Source of the DNA: Utricularia gibba
Taxonomy: Eukaryota > Plantae > Magnoliophyta
Length of the DNA: 64,000 bases
Reading direction: 5' to 3'
Assembly (NCBI GenBank): GCA_002189035.1
Contig: CM007989.1
Coordinates: 5,022,001-5,086,000, forward strand
Shown here: positions 37,262-50,249 of the stretch, piece by piece
Numbering within the stretch: position 1 is the stretch's first letter
Layout: each line of letters begins with the position of its first letter
Position numbers and translations under genes: made by a program
The notes under the pieces: generated by a model
Database searches by the model: none
What the model was told of the DNA's origin: nothing
What the model saw: the letters and a program-made list of their open reading frames with translations, nothing else

Positions 37262-37925
37262 AGCAACGGAGAGCATGAAGTGAGTCCTTGGGTAGGCAAA
37301 CCAGATTGGTTTGGAACTCATTCACATCCACAATAAGGGTTCCATCAAATCGGATAGGAGAGACGAAGTCAGAGAAGAAATAAGCTGCTAAGGCCAAATC
37401 AAATATACATTTCAGCATATGATGTGAATCTAGGAGGTAACTGCAACAACAGAAAAATTAAGGGGTATGCCTGAGAAATGAGCCTGTTGAGACTTGCGAC
37501 AGACGTGTCATATTGCTTTATTATCAAGAAGTACGCCAACATCTGTGTGCTCAAGCAGAGAATGAAAAGAAAGCACAGAATTGAAATGCTGCGAAAGCCT
37601 GTGGCGAAGGGTCCATTGTGAAACCCAACTTTCACTTTTGGCCATAGTCGACAGAAAGCCTTTCTAGGAGAAGTGAAGACAGCCAAGAGCCAGTCCCACC
37701 ACCAACTCCATGGAAAACAAAGAATCCCTGCAAATTTTCTGATCCTATCAATGCATAGCCCGAAGATGTCTTTTCCAATGGGCTAGTGGCCGCGAGCAAA
37801 GTTATTGGCGGCATCTTCTTTGCCACTGATCAGCTGCTTCGGGTGAAAGAGCTGACATTGTGTGCCAGTGCGGACTTCGCCGATCACCGTTGGTTGGAGA
37901 TCAACAAACACAGCGCGTGGCATAT
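37262..37925 (-). pseudogene. TUA: Internal alpha-tubulin gene fragment with one intron
   Basis: [86 protein letters not shown]|intron|LISSLTSSL, EFQTNL..PRTHFMLS; multiple deletions and stops. Confidence 0.92.
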
Positions 37926-38589
37926 ACGGTTGTAGCCATGGGCGCGTGGAAGTTTTTCTGAAAAAAAGTGTTTAAGGCATCGTCACTGCCTCCAGGCTGA
38001 CAGGATTAAGACCGTGAAATTAGGGCATGCACATTGCAGATCTCAGAACAAGCAACTGAGAACGCATAAGAAAAACAACGAGACCCGCAACGCAAAAGAT
38101 GGCAACACACCGCATTAGATCTGAGGACATGAAGGCACAGAAAAAAATGGCAATACACCGCATCATATTATACCTAGAGCGATACCAACATATCCGAATA
38201 CACATAACCATAATAAATGAAATCGACCATTCCAGTGCACCAGAACCATCAACTCTCACTTTCCAGGACTTACACGTGACTATGCATCCAAAAATGACTA
38301 TAGATCCGAGGCCAAATCAAATGATTCCGTCTCAAAAGAACACCAGGTCTAAGAACAACAGCGGCGAATATACTCCAGCAAATGCAGATCTAAACGTACC
38401 TAATGTCATGTTCCAGAGAATAGAGTTGCCAGCAAGACCATACCCGATGCGGAACGACATGCACGCTCTCATTTAGCCAGCGTGTCCGGAGAAGATCTGA
38501 TGTGCAGATGCGGTTCACGGAGTAAGCCTATTTGCAGCGGAAAACCAACCTGTTGCCGCTGCGCTTTCACGATTTCAATCCGAGGCCCC

Positions 38590-38675
38590 TAGTGGGTTCA
38601 AAAGCCACTGCCTTGGGCCTAATGCCCTATTTTTCACAGGCCACCCAATTTTCAAATAATTTCTAAAATAAACTC
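38590..38675. mobile_element. Possible orphan Mutator-like TIR
   Basis: Ends ...TTTTCAAATAATTTCTAAAATAAACTC after a GC-richer subterminal region; partner TIR and TSD not found. Confidence 0.3.
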
Positions 38676-38940
38676 ATTTTATAATATTCTAGTATTCATT
38701 ATCATTACACTTAAGAACTAAATAAAAAAAGTAAATAGAAAAGAAAACTGTAAAAAATAGCCAAATTACAATCTTGCTGCCATGTAGAAATAAATACACT
38801 GTCGTTTAACGCTGTTTGTTTGATATACAAGGATAAAAACATTAATAGGTTGTTCTGAAATAGCTTTATTTTTGTAAAAGTTAAAATGAAAGTAGATTCG
38901 AAATTATTTTTGAGATATAAAAATAAAAATAGACATGCTC

Positions 38941-38964
38941 CATCCATCCATCCATCCATCCATC
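38941..38964. repeat. (CATC)n microsatellite
   Basis: Six tandem CATC units. Confidence 0.9.
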
Positions 38965-39695
38965 AAGCAACGTTTGGAAATATTCTATATTTCAAATATA
39001 TATATATCAAATTTTATTTTACAAGAATTAATTTTTAAGAATCAATTCAATTTTATAAAAAGTATGGAAGTATAGTTTCTTTATGAAAACTGATTTTTGA
39101 GAAATGATTTTAAAATTTAAATAGTAATTATATTTTTATAAATAATTATAATTATTAACATTATAAATAATATAATTTTTAAATTTTTAAATTATAATTT
39201 TAATATAAATATATTTAAATTAAAGTAATAACGTAAATTATAATTTAATATTTTTGTAACACAAATAATATATAAAAATAATTTTAAATTATAATTTATA
39301 AAATATAATTATTAATATATATATATATATATATTATAATTATAAATATGAATTCATAATTTATTATAATTATTATAAAAAACAATTTCAAACGTATATT
39401 AATTTTTGTTAGATCAGAGTTTTAAATTCTGTTAAAATGGATTTTTGAAAACGTAGAAAGTTTGTCGAGAGAGAGGAGTGAGTGAGGTAGGAAGGACTAG
39501 GCAGGCACCCACCATTCGGAAAACGGAGGCATCGGTGGGCAGTTGATGTCTGAGCAACAGACAGACCGGCATGCCTGCAAGCTTCTTACCTGGCCTGCCT
39601 GCAGAAACCTTGTATTTATGTTGCTGTCCCATGCGATGCGGGTACACATGAACTGAAGGGAATTCTATGGTATGATGATGATACCCCTCCCTCTT

Positions 39696-41189
39696 CACGT
39701 GCTCAACTTCCCCCCATTATCGCTCTATCTATCTTTATTGTCCAAGTTCTCATTCTGTGCACCCTCATCATCCACTCTCAAATCATACTTTTATCATTAT
39801 TTCAACACAAAAATAACTTATATTATATTATCCTTTATATTTCTAGAACGTGAGGCGTGCTTTGCTCATATTCTAGTGGTTCGAGTGGTGTAATTAATAA
39901 TTTTATTAAAGTTGGAGGCATCCCAAATCTCGTGAATCAGATAACTAAAAATTAATTTTTTGGAAATAACAATTTTATCCTAAAACTGAGTAAAAACCTT
40001 TTTTAATAAAAATAATAATTATTTTTTATTAATAATATACCCAAACTTGTACTATCAGCTAAGCAATTACATTTTACCATACTCTGTCTGACCTACCAAA
40101 TAGATCCATAATGGACAAAAATTGCAAACCTGTTGCAGAGTGTTTAATCCAGCAAATAATTGTTGTATGCATTGTTCTGAAAAAAGATTTTTAAATATTT
40201 AAGGTGAAGATAGATCCATTTTGGGAAAACTGAGATTAAGTAATTATTCATTTTGCAGAAATATTGAATATAATATGGTGATATTGGATTCAATATTTCT
40301 AATAAACCAAGGGAAGAAGTGCATGTTATTTTAAATTGATATTAATATAATAAAAATCCATCTAACTATAAAATGTGAATGACTTTTAAGTTGAATAAAA
40401 TTTTATTTTATTGAATTTTTTGATACTTTATATCGGTTTCACGTCTTGCAGCGAAGAGAAAATGGGAAAGTCTATCCACTAGGTTAAACGAGGGTGAAAA
40501 AAATATAAAGGATGGATGGCATGCATTGTTGAGCAGTGGGATTTTTTATTAAGTGGTCTAGAGAAGATGAGTCAGTTGTTGGAAGATAGGTTATGATATG
40601 ATTCTTAAATAAATAGAAAAAGGAAAAGAAAAGCAAAGGAAATCTCAGTCGATCCTGAACTTGATTGATGAGGGTGTTGTTTGAATCTCAAATGGATGGA
40701 GTTGGTGGGCCATCACACATGCTCTTGCTCATCGGGAGACATGCAAATCCAGGCCCACTCCCAACCTAGTTAGTGCAATCATATCCCTCCCAGCCATCTA
40801 TCTGCTTTTCTCTGGATGCTGGGTCCGGTCCCTTCATTTGCACCTCGCCAGGGCTGGCATTGTTGCATGTCCCTGCGGGTGCGTATGGAGACTTGGGGAT
40901 GGATTCATGGACTGCCAGGATGCCTTCCCATTGCAGGCAGGCAGGCAGGCATGCATCAAGTGTGGTGCGAGGGAGTTTTGAAGATGAAACAGATGTTAAA
41001 TCATTTTGTATACGCCAATCACTCAGAGGGTTTCTTCTTACAACTTGTGTAGCCCTCAGTTACACCGCATTGCTGCGTTACTGCTGTCCAGCTAACTAGT
41101 AACTACTGCTGCTGCTTCACTTTCACCAGCAAAGCAAAGCCAAGCCAAGCCTCCCCTCTTGCTCTGCTGCCCATAAATAGGGAGAGACA
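39696..41189 (+). promoter_or_regulatory. Upstream region of PRE-like gene with candidate cis-elements
   Basis: G-box CACGTG 39696-39701, E-box CACATG 40716-40721, AuxRE GAGACA 40736-40741 and 41184-41189, TATA-like CATAAATA 41172-41179. Confidence 0.5.
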
Positions 41190-41231
41190 TGTATGGAACA
41201 ATCACACACACACACACACACTCAAAAAAGA

Positions 41232-41680
41232 ATGTCTACTGGGAGAAGAAGACCGTCATCACGCCAGTCCACTGGGAATGTGAGGATTTCGGATGACGAG
41301 ATTCTCCTGCTCGTCTCCAGATTGAATCAGCTCCTCCCGCGCTCCCGACGCCCCTCAGCTTCGAAGGTGCCCCCCGTGCGTCTATTTCTTGCTTTCATCC
41401 CAATGCATGGGGAGAAGATGAGATTTGTTAGAGTGTGGTTCCATGTCATAGAAAAACTCAAATGATTGAAATACGTGTGTTCTCTCGCACAAGTTCCATT
41501 TCATTTTCTAAGATTATTCACTCTGTTCAGGGAGCAGCGAGTAAGGTGCTGGAGGAGACTTGCGAGTACGTAAGAAATCTGCAGCGGGAGGTGGGTGATC
41601 TGAGCGAGAGGCTGTCACTGTTGCTGTCAACCGTTGATCCGGATAGCCCACAGGCTGCAGTAATCAGGGCCTTGATCTGA
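41232..41680 (+). CDS. PRE: PRE/ILI-type atypical (non-DNA-binding) bHLH protein, 2 exons, 94 aa
   Basis: Exons 41232-41366 and 41531-41680 (GT-AG): [13 protein letters not shown]...[17 protein letters not shown]...SASK|[31 protein letters not shown]...[13 protein letters not shown]. In-frame upstream ATG at 41193. Family-level symbol only. Confidence 0.95.
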
Positions 41681-42870
41681 ATGGATTCCCACACCTGTAA
41701 CTCAGATTTCGCAAATCTCTTGTTTCGAATATTCATCTTAAGATCACACAGAGAGTCCATTGCTGTCCTTTCAAAAAAGATAGTTCAACTTCTTTGCTTG
41801 TTGGTGGATGTGTCAGCCAGTCACTCCAGATGAGATGAGTTGCCGGGGCGACACGATGCTCCCGCAATCAGACAAGTTGTCTACGCCAAATGAAATTTGA
41901 AACAACTCTGAGCATTAAATTCAATCTAAACAAAACTTGCGCGTAAGAATTCACCGACAGTCATCGTCGTGGCGAGCGAACAGCAGAACTCCATATGTTA
42001 AGGATTTAAACACAAGTGCTATTCTTTGCAGCAGAAGCTCCTGCTTCAACAGTGGTAGTTAGTAAACATTCAATGACCAGTAACCAGCATTAGACTGGTA
42101 GCTGGATCGGCAGCAGATTGTACAGATCACAGATGGGCCTCACCAAAATTGGCAGCCACTGTTTCTACTGGCCTGCCTATAAGTTGCATAAGAAGGCATA
42201 ACCAACCCATGAATGAATTCGAATGTATCACAACACTTTAGGAGTTGTGGATTTGAACAGCTTACCCACAACTCCGCCACCTCAGTTGGTATTATACTCC
42301 AATCGATCTGAGCATCCTTTTCGCAACTCTACTATCCAATTTGGATTGGAAAGCTTTCATCTCTAAAACTCCTTGTCATGAGTGATGAATAAACTCTCCT
42401 ATACCTTATAAAATTGTAGTCAGTGTAGGATAAATCTGGAGGTGTTACACTTTCTCGGATTAGTTGGCAGTTGAACCACGTACCCTGCGGTTCATTCAGT
42501 GGCAGCAAGTCCAGGACATCCTCTGTGCTCTCATCCTTTAGCACTGAACTAAGCGATTCAAATACAGTGTGGGATCATCACATAACCATCTTCTTAGTTC
42601 AATGGAACTTGTAGCATAGGATACACAGACAGATGTATATATACTGTATACATAATGGAAGAGGTTCATGAAAAGTTACCACAGAGATACATTTCCAAGA
42701 TCCCTGGAACACGAGACTGATACACTCATAAACAACAGGGAATAGTAATACAGGGGGCATACAACAATTATTAAGATCAAATATTTCAGACAAGCAGAAA
42801 CCATCATCAGCAACAGGGAGAGAAGTCCTATTGAGGAGGTCGGTCTCTCTTGTTACACACAGTTAAAAGC

Positions 42871-43948
42871 CTAGTCTGCTGTCCAACTCTGCTCCACAAT
42901 TTCACGCACCCTTCTATTATACTCACGCTTGTTAATGTTAAACAACTGTGCTGCTTCAGAGTTGGCTGGTGAGTTGGGATTCGGATCACAAAGGAGTGAC
43001 TGAGATAGACACAAAACAGAAGGAAAAAATTAAATTAGTAGATGCGCAGGCAACTAAGAACAGTTACAATCCAAGTGGAAAGGATGTAATCCCTGATGCC
43101 GATTAGGACCAACCGGTAGGCGTAAACAATTTTCCAACAACACATAATTACCAAAAATACAAAAAGGCCTTGACCCACAGTTCATGTATTAGTTACTAAC
43201 TGAAAAGGTGGCCATTATACAACTGATAGGGTTACCTGTATGGATGTAAGTATAGCGGCAACATCATAGATAGGGCTCCACTGATTTTGCAAAATATCTA
43301 AGCAGATACTTCCATCTGCATAGACTGGTTATATAAACCAACGCCAGCATCATAGGTCAACATGAGCAACAGATAGTTTTACTAGTTCAGTTAACATGCT
43401 ATTATCATATATAAGACAATAAGATTTGCCCATGCGGAGTACTTACTATTGGGGTGGAACATCCGGGATATAAATCGCACAGTTGGAGGCTTATTTGGAT
43501 AATCCTCGGTGAACTGAAGCGATAATTTAAATGTACCTAGAAGCAAACAGCAAACATAAAAGTGAGAATCTGGTCAAACAAGAACAAACAGCGGAAAACT
43601 TTTCAGTCAAAAACTCCAAGATAGGCACCTGTGGAGGGAGGGGGAGGGGGGAGAATCAAAAGCAATGAAATAAAAAACCTCATAACAACGTATGGTTTTC
43701 TAAGGTTTTTCTCACCTCCATCCCAAGGAGTATCATCTGGCCTGCAATTTAAAGATTTGCAAATGATGATTATTTGATGATAAAAAGTGCACTAATTACA
43801 CTTGCATCAGCAGCATAGCATACCCAAATATGACAGCGTTCCAGAGCATAATGTTACTATCGTACGGGGCTCCACTAATTCCTGCTGGAGGGTCCTGCTG
43901 TAACCTCTTGAAGTCCCTCATCAGTCTCTTCCTAGCCGGAGTTGACAT
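42871..43948 (-). CDS. UBC2: Ubiquitin-conjugating enzyme E2, RAD6/UBC1-2 type, 152 aa
   Basis: Exons 43948-43824, 43741-43716, 43536-43447, 43324-43236, 42999-42871 total 459 nt. [28 protein letters not shown]...[26 protein letters not shown]...EQSWTAD. A 5'-UTR intron has its donor near 44160. Confidence 0.98.
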
Positions 43949-44286
43949 CTTCAGGACCTTCGATCAGCTGAAGAAAAAATTCCCACCTTAATCAGAGCAC
44001 TAATAATGCCAAAAAAAAACCCATAACCATATATGATCATCAGTCGAGTTCTTATAAAAAAAGAAAAAAGCCCAGATCACATGAAGCCCCGCAAAATCCG
44101 CAGATCGAAAAAAGGTGAAACCAAAGAAATTGCAACGGAATAACAAATCGAAGGTAAATACCTGCAGAAGATGGGTAGGAAGAGGCGAGCGACGGCTGCC
44201 AGTATATTGCACACGGACCTGGATAAAAAGATGGAAGGGAAAACTGCGCGTCGGATATAAGCAAGATACAATCAAACATCCAAAAG

Positions 44287-44330
44287 TGGGCCCAAGGCTA
44301 CATTGGATACCATCTGTAATAGCACACGTG
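44287..44330 (-). promoter_or_regulatory. Proximal promoter motifs of UBC gene
   Basis: Site-II-like TGGGCC 44287-44292, CCAAT on minus strand ~44302-44306, G-box CACGTG 44325-44330. Confidence 0.45.
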
Positions 44331-45129
44331 GAAAAACCGACCTCCCCGTTATTATCAATATTTACAAAGTACGGCAAACCAAATTCGCCAGCTGACTGCC
44401 GACTCAAATGAATTAATAAGCCGTGAATTAGAAACTTTGTTTAAGAAACGAATTCCTTCCAGACACTCCAATCACTTTTCTGAAAAATCTTTCAAGTCTA
44501 AAAGTAAAAATATTTTGGGTACAATACTACTTATTTTTGCAAAAATTATTTTTAATTTTGTACTAATTACATGGTAAAATTAAAAATTGAACATTGTATC
44601 TGTTTATAGAGGTAATATGTAAATGTTTAATTCTATCTTTGGTCATGCAGAAAATCAATGGATAGTTGGATTGAGTTTAAATATCATGATTAGGTTTGCA
44701 TATCGCTCAAAATTGAAAGTTTTGTTTTTGAATCTTAAAATCAAGAGTTTGCTTTGGTGTCAAAGTTGCTGAAATTTGAGAAATTTTGTTAACTTGCATT
44801 GTACTTGTTTGCATTAGATATTTTTACTGTTATTGGCTATTTAATATATTTATATTGGATATGCTTTTGTGGTGTTTGTTTGACAAGGGATAGAACCAAT
44901 TTATTAATTAATAACAATTTTGGGTTAGAGTAGATTAAGAATCTTTATACGAAACAGTTCAATAATTTTTAAAGCGATAAAATAAGGTAGTGGAAAAAAA
45001 TTCAAATAAAAATATTTTTGAGAATTAATGTGGTGGGTGTAGGAATACCGTTGGTATGAAGCAGCACATTGTCTATATTTCAAAATCGTTCCAATGGTTG
45101 AACTTGTATAATAATGCTCAACCAACTAA

Positions 45130-46290
45130 TGATAACATATATTTTGTTATTCCATTACTCTTGAGTGTTGTTTTTACTTATCTTAAATTTCACTTTCTCA
45201 TTATTTTCAATTGATTTTGTATCTTTCACACTACTTTGATCTTTTGGAAGATAAAATGTATTTTGTGGATTTTTAGGATACTTTTGGATCAATTTGAGAA
45301 GAAATCAAGACCCACCAAATTATGAACTTGATGAGCCACAAATCTTAACCCAATACTCGGTTAAACGATGAAGATTTGGTCCAAGATTCGTGGATAAGAT
45401 AGAGATATGAAAAAAGATCTTCGAAGATTTGAATAAAAGATTTGGATACAAGATCTTATCCAAACCCATCGAATAAGCTCAATACGAATACTTGGATCTA
45501 CTCTCCTATAAATACTTCACTCTCTCAACCATTAGAGACGTCTTTGATCACATTTCCTTTGTACTTTTCCTATTTTCGTGTCTATTTTTATGTTAGAGTC
45601 AAGTCTGTGCGTGTAGGCGCTTGCAGCTGAGGATTTACGGTGAAGCCTTGCTTGCGCAAGTCCTGCACGTGTGACTGTTTTACTATGTTTTCGACATTTA
45701 AATTGAGGTTTGATTCTGTTTTTCACAATGTTTTCTTTATCAACGTGCTCTTCAATATCACATAACCCGAATGGAGTGTGAAAGAATCAAAGGTTGGCCT
45801 CAAGCACCTAAGGAGAAGGGCTCAATCGGACATCGTTGGTAAGACACATTCTGTCTAATCTGTTTGCGAGATGTGAGGTGTAGGGGTTAGATTTGGTATG
45901 GGGAAAACATGAGTTATCACAAGAGGTGAAATGACTCTGGTGGCGTGGTTGATTCCATAATCCCACAAAACAAGGGACAGTGCTATAACGGTCACCGAGT
46001 AGCACTACTTTAGAATAACACCCCCAGAGCTTGCGCAAGCAAGTCAATCTTCAAGGTTTGCACACACGCAATGGTGAGTTTCAAGTAAGGTGGATCTTAG
46101 ATCCAATTCCACTTTTCTTATTGTTTTCAAATCCCAATCTTTCTTTTGTTTTTAGTCTTTTTAAGTCTTTTTTTTTAAAAGAAAACTCCAATAACAATTC
46201 CCTGTGGATACGATCTTATTTTATTACTTCGATGGTTTTTGTGCACTTGCAGAATCACCATCATTTTCACTGTTTTAAAATTTAAACAAT
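45130..46290 (+). mobile_element. LTR, family C (Ty3-like), probable solo LTR
   Basis: Starts TGATAAC, TATA CCTATAAATAC ~45506, 3' block CTGTGGATACGATC..GTGCACTTGC; homologous to 57326-58270; right end and TSD unresolved. Confidence 0.65.
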
Positions 46291-47429
46291 AAGTGATATC
46301 ATGTTATAAAATATAGGATTTTATTGAGTATTTTCACATTTTTACAAGTGGCAGTGTGATTATAAGTGTTATATTCCAGATTGAGACTAAATTCTGAACT
46401 TAGTACCAATCTTAATTTAATCTCTTTAGCGTAATCCAGCATGTTTTCACCAAATCAGATCCCGAGGAATCGAAAAACACAATGCACGAGTAGAATGATG
46501 GAGACAAACGGTAGAATAAAAGTTGAAAATGAATGGAGGATAAATACCAAATCCAGAAATGACATTAGAGGGAGATTTTATTTGGAGGAGAGGATAGAGA
46601 AAAATATCTAAGGCCTCATAGAATAAGCACACCGGGCTTGAAGAAAATGAGATGAGAAACTCAAGAACTCAATTTATTTCTGAATCTTGCTTCTTTATCA
46701 GAAACACTACTTCTAACCATAAGTATATCACAAACATTATTTCAGCATTTTGCATAGAAACTACTTTGATTTATTTTTACTGATTATTTTCTTTTTATTA
46801 GATAGTGATGTGAATATGTTGTTGATGTTGTTCTATGAATTACTTTTATTTCTCTCCAACATGAGTAGCTAATCATCACGTGGTGCTTTGGAATCGAAAG
46901 GAACAAGTATGCTCACTATTTGTTAGACATATAGATTATATTATCATACTAACTTCTTAACAAACTAGGATATATTCAGGAGGGGAAAGATAATGATGTT
47001 CGTCTTAAAACAAACCTAAATAGAAGTAAATCAAAAGTTAGGAAGAACAAAGGATTTAGAAAATCTTGAATCTTTTGCTTGATTGATAAATGATTTTTAG
47101 TTTGAGTGGAATAAAGATAATGATGAGCATAATATTCCATAAAGTCTCAAGTCATCACATTATTTTTTTTATAAACAGTAATTGAATTTACTGATTTATT
47201 GTTTTATTGTATTTTATTGTAGAACTATATTAGTCTTAATTTAAACTTAATCTTCCATCGAGATAAAAATAGAATACATCAACCTTTATAAAATAAACAC
47301 CATCCTCCCCGTGTTCAACCCTAATTCTATTATGCTCATATTTTATTTGATGTTTGATTCAGAATTATGTTCATACGTTTATATCAGGTAAAACCTAGGA
47401 AAGGTGAGCAACATCCTAGTCTGAAAAAT

Positions 47430-48787
47430 TGATGACACACATTTTCTCTAAAATTTTATAATACAAAATAGTTATATTTTATTGTGGTTTAGGTTAAATA
47501 AATGTGGTTTTTCATGTTTATGTGTGTTTAAGTTAATTTTGTACGTTTATGTTAAAAAGTGGACTAAATCCTTTGATTAGTCCACCACCTTTGTTACTAA
47601 TGTTTGACTAAGGTAAGCAGAGAGATCAGCCGAAAAATAAGACTTACAAATGTGTGGAACAAGTGAAAAAGGGTGCAATACCCCAAAGGGAGACAAAGAG
47701 CCATGTTCTGCCACCATCTACAGTCTGCAAGTTCAAGCCGGAAACAATGCTGGGGTCAGGAATAGTGCAATGGAGTGAAGGAGGGGAGATATTTTTCGAA
47801 AAGGGGAGAGAATGGGATCAGCAACGCGGAGAGAGGAGAGGAGCACAGAACGCACACAAGGGGGCTTCTCCCCCAACGCGAAAAACACCAACCAGAAGAG
47901 GGGAAGAAGGCCTTCATCGTTAAGAGCAGCACCAGAGCTAGTCCATCACTACTTTTCCAGGTTGTGAACAGTAGCAACCGAGTGGCAGAACAATCTTTAT
48001 TTGCTTTCCATTTTCTGAATGTTTCGAGTTTCTGTATCTGACTTGCTTACACTGTTTTTGTGATTTTCGCCAACTTATCTAAATGAAATAGTGTTTTATT
48101 TTCCAAGTATGAGTAGCTAAAGTATGGTGGTGTGTGCTTAGGGTTAATAATGAAATTTATGTTTGTTTCTTAGCTCTTGTTTCTATCAATCCATAGGTAG
48201 ATCTAAGAAGGGGAATAAGTAGATTCACAACTTAGATGCTTGATTTAGAGGTAAACCAACAAATTAAGACGGGAGTAGTAGGTGTTAGTTCGGGATAGAA
48301 CCAGGTGGATCTAGTTCTATATGCTTTGCATACGAGTAGACCTAATTTCAATGTTGGTTATGATATTGGGGACTAGCTTAGCCGAAAATATGATGAATGA
48401 CCTGGATAGAATTAGATTATTTGAAGTTGTGAGTGTAATAACATGGTAAATTCATTTAGGCACCTTAGCATCACACCACTTACAAACCCTTAAGGTATCT
48501 TCGTATTATTCTAAGTAAGAACCAATACTTGTTACCTTTCGCATTGAAATCTGATCTTGTTTACCGAACTTGTTTACCAGTGTCGCCCCGAGCTTAGACT
48601 AAGACCACTGTTATTCCGAATCATGCATTTACTAAAATACTTAGCAAGCACAAGTTCTTCGTGATCGACCCCGATATCCACTATACAAGTTTTCTAAATT
48701 TGTATTTTGTGTAAATTAGGGATTATAAATTTATTTGATACGGATTTCTATTTTTATTGGAACAATATTAGGAATTTCCGTTTATAA
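47430..48787 (+). mobile_element. Solo LTR, family A, copy 3
   Basis: TGATGACAC...GTTTATAA (terminal CA apparently mutated); TSD AAAAT at 47425-47429 and 48788-48792; aligns with copies 1, 2 and 4. Confidence 0.88.
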
Positions 48788-49076
48788 AAAATCTACTATA
48801 ATGTATCAAATAGAATACAAGAATACTCCAAAATGCTAAGAATTCTATTTCCTACAATACATGCTAGGCATACACACTTGATCGAAGCACAATAACAATA
48901 TTGCAGTCCTTGTAGAGATATACAAACTAGAGAAATGCCACATCCTCTACTTCACGCCATTCCCTGGTCATCAACTATGCAGCATTATATCTAACAGCAT
49001 CAAGACATACTGGATAACTGCAATCTCCATGACTCCCAACCTATTTCAGATAATTGGATACATATCTTCTTCAATC

Positions 49077-49800
49077 ACTCCCCCAGGCTAGAAGTTTTTA
49101 TGCACCATATCAGGGTAACAAGAGGCGTGCTTGCCTCACGAGCATACAATATAGTGAAAAACGTAGTACCTTGGTCATCAAGTTAGTAGTGTTTTCCCCC
49201 GTACGCACTTTTGGTAGATTGATTCTATTTTACTTCACCAAGCCTCTAATCGAGTGGTAACTCACATCAATATGCTTAGTTGTAGAGTGTAACGCTGCAT
49301 TCTTGCTAAAAGCAATAGCACTTTAACTATTACACATTAATTGCACCTTTTATTGTTGTAAAATCCAAGCTCACTCAAGAGTCTATCAAAGGCTTCTTTG
49401 CTAGCATTCGTTAAGGCTATGTACTTGGCTTTTGTTGATGACAAAGCCACACATTTTTGTAACGAGGATACCCACATAACCCTTGCTACACCCAACACAT
49501 AAAGAATTCCTGTGGTAGAGTGCTTTGTATCTATATCACCAACTATATCAAAAGTCACATAGACACGGTTTGTAAATGTTGTTCCATAACAGAGATCCAA
49601 CTCTACAATCCCCTTCAAATACCTCAACAGCCATTTTCTTGCTTCCCAATAAGCTTTACTTGGGTTTGCCATATAATAGCTAATGGAATATGCAATTTGA
49701 TCGTGTACTTACCATGATGTACATAATTAAGCAAACCAATGAAGAAAATGAAACCACCTCCATTTCCAAAACTTCATCATCCTTTGCAGGACAAGTTTCT
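49077..49800 (-). mobile_element. Copia RT/RNase H remnant
   Basis: ANPSKAYWEARKWLLRYLKG, KCVALSSTKAKYIA, STTKHIDVSYH; PPT-like CTCCCCC at ~49078. Confidence 0.85.
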
Positions 49801-50249
49801 GCAATCAACTTGAGAGTTGGGTTCATCGGTATAGCCATAGGTAGTGATGGGTACAAGTTGGGCTGATTGGTCTAATGCATGGGCTAAAATATAGTTTGGA
49901 CCAATATGTAAGACGATCCCGTAGGTTTTAATCAAATCTAACCCAACCCATGGACTTATCACAAGTTAATGGGTCTATAGATTCATAGATTGGATTGACT
50001 CAAGATTTGAGAAAAATCGATACATTTTTAAAAAAATATTATTTTTAATTCTAAATCAATTTATACTAAATAATTAAATCACAATGTTTATAAGATTAAT
50101 ATTTTTATAAAATATATAAAAAGAGGACAATGCCTCTAACTTTATTAATTTACCCTCATTTTTTACAAAGGAATACCATATTACAAATCTACAAATCCTT
50201 AAAAATAAAAATCAAAACATAACAAAAACTCTTATTACCTTACACTATT

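Noticed and set aside
38020-38476. ORFs of 79 and 125 aa next to the tubulin fragment
   Set aside because: Built partly from short internal repeats (ATGGCAA(C/T)ACACCGCAT); no recognisable domain.
41820-41915. Possible C/D snoRNA (GATGAG ... CTGA)
   Set aside because: Imperfect C box, no convincing terminal stem, no recognisable antisense guide.
46500-47400. Athila-like LTR fragment containing CATGAGTAGCTAA
   Set aside because: Only one short shared motif; termini and TSD not definable.
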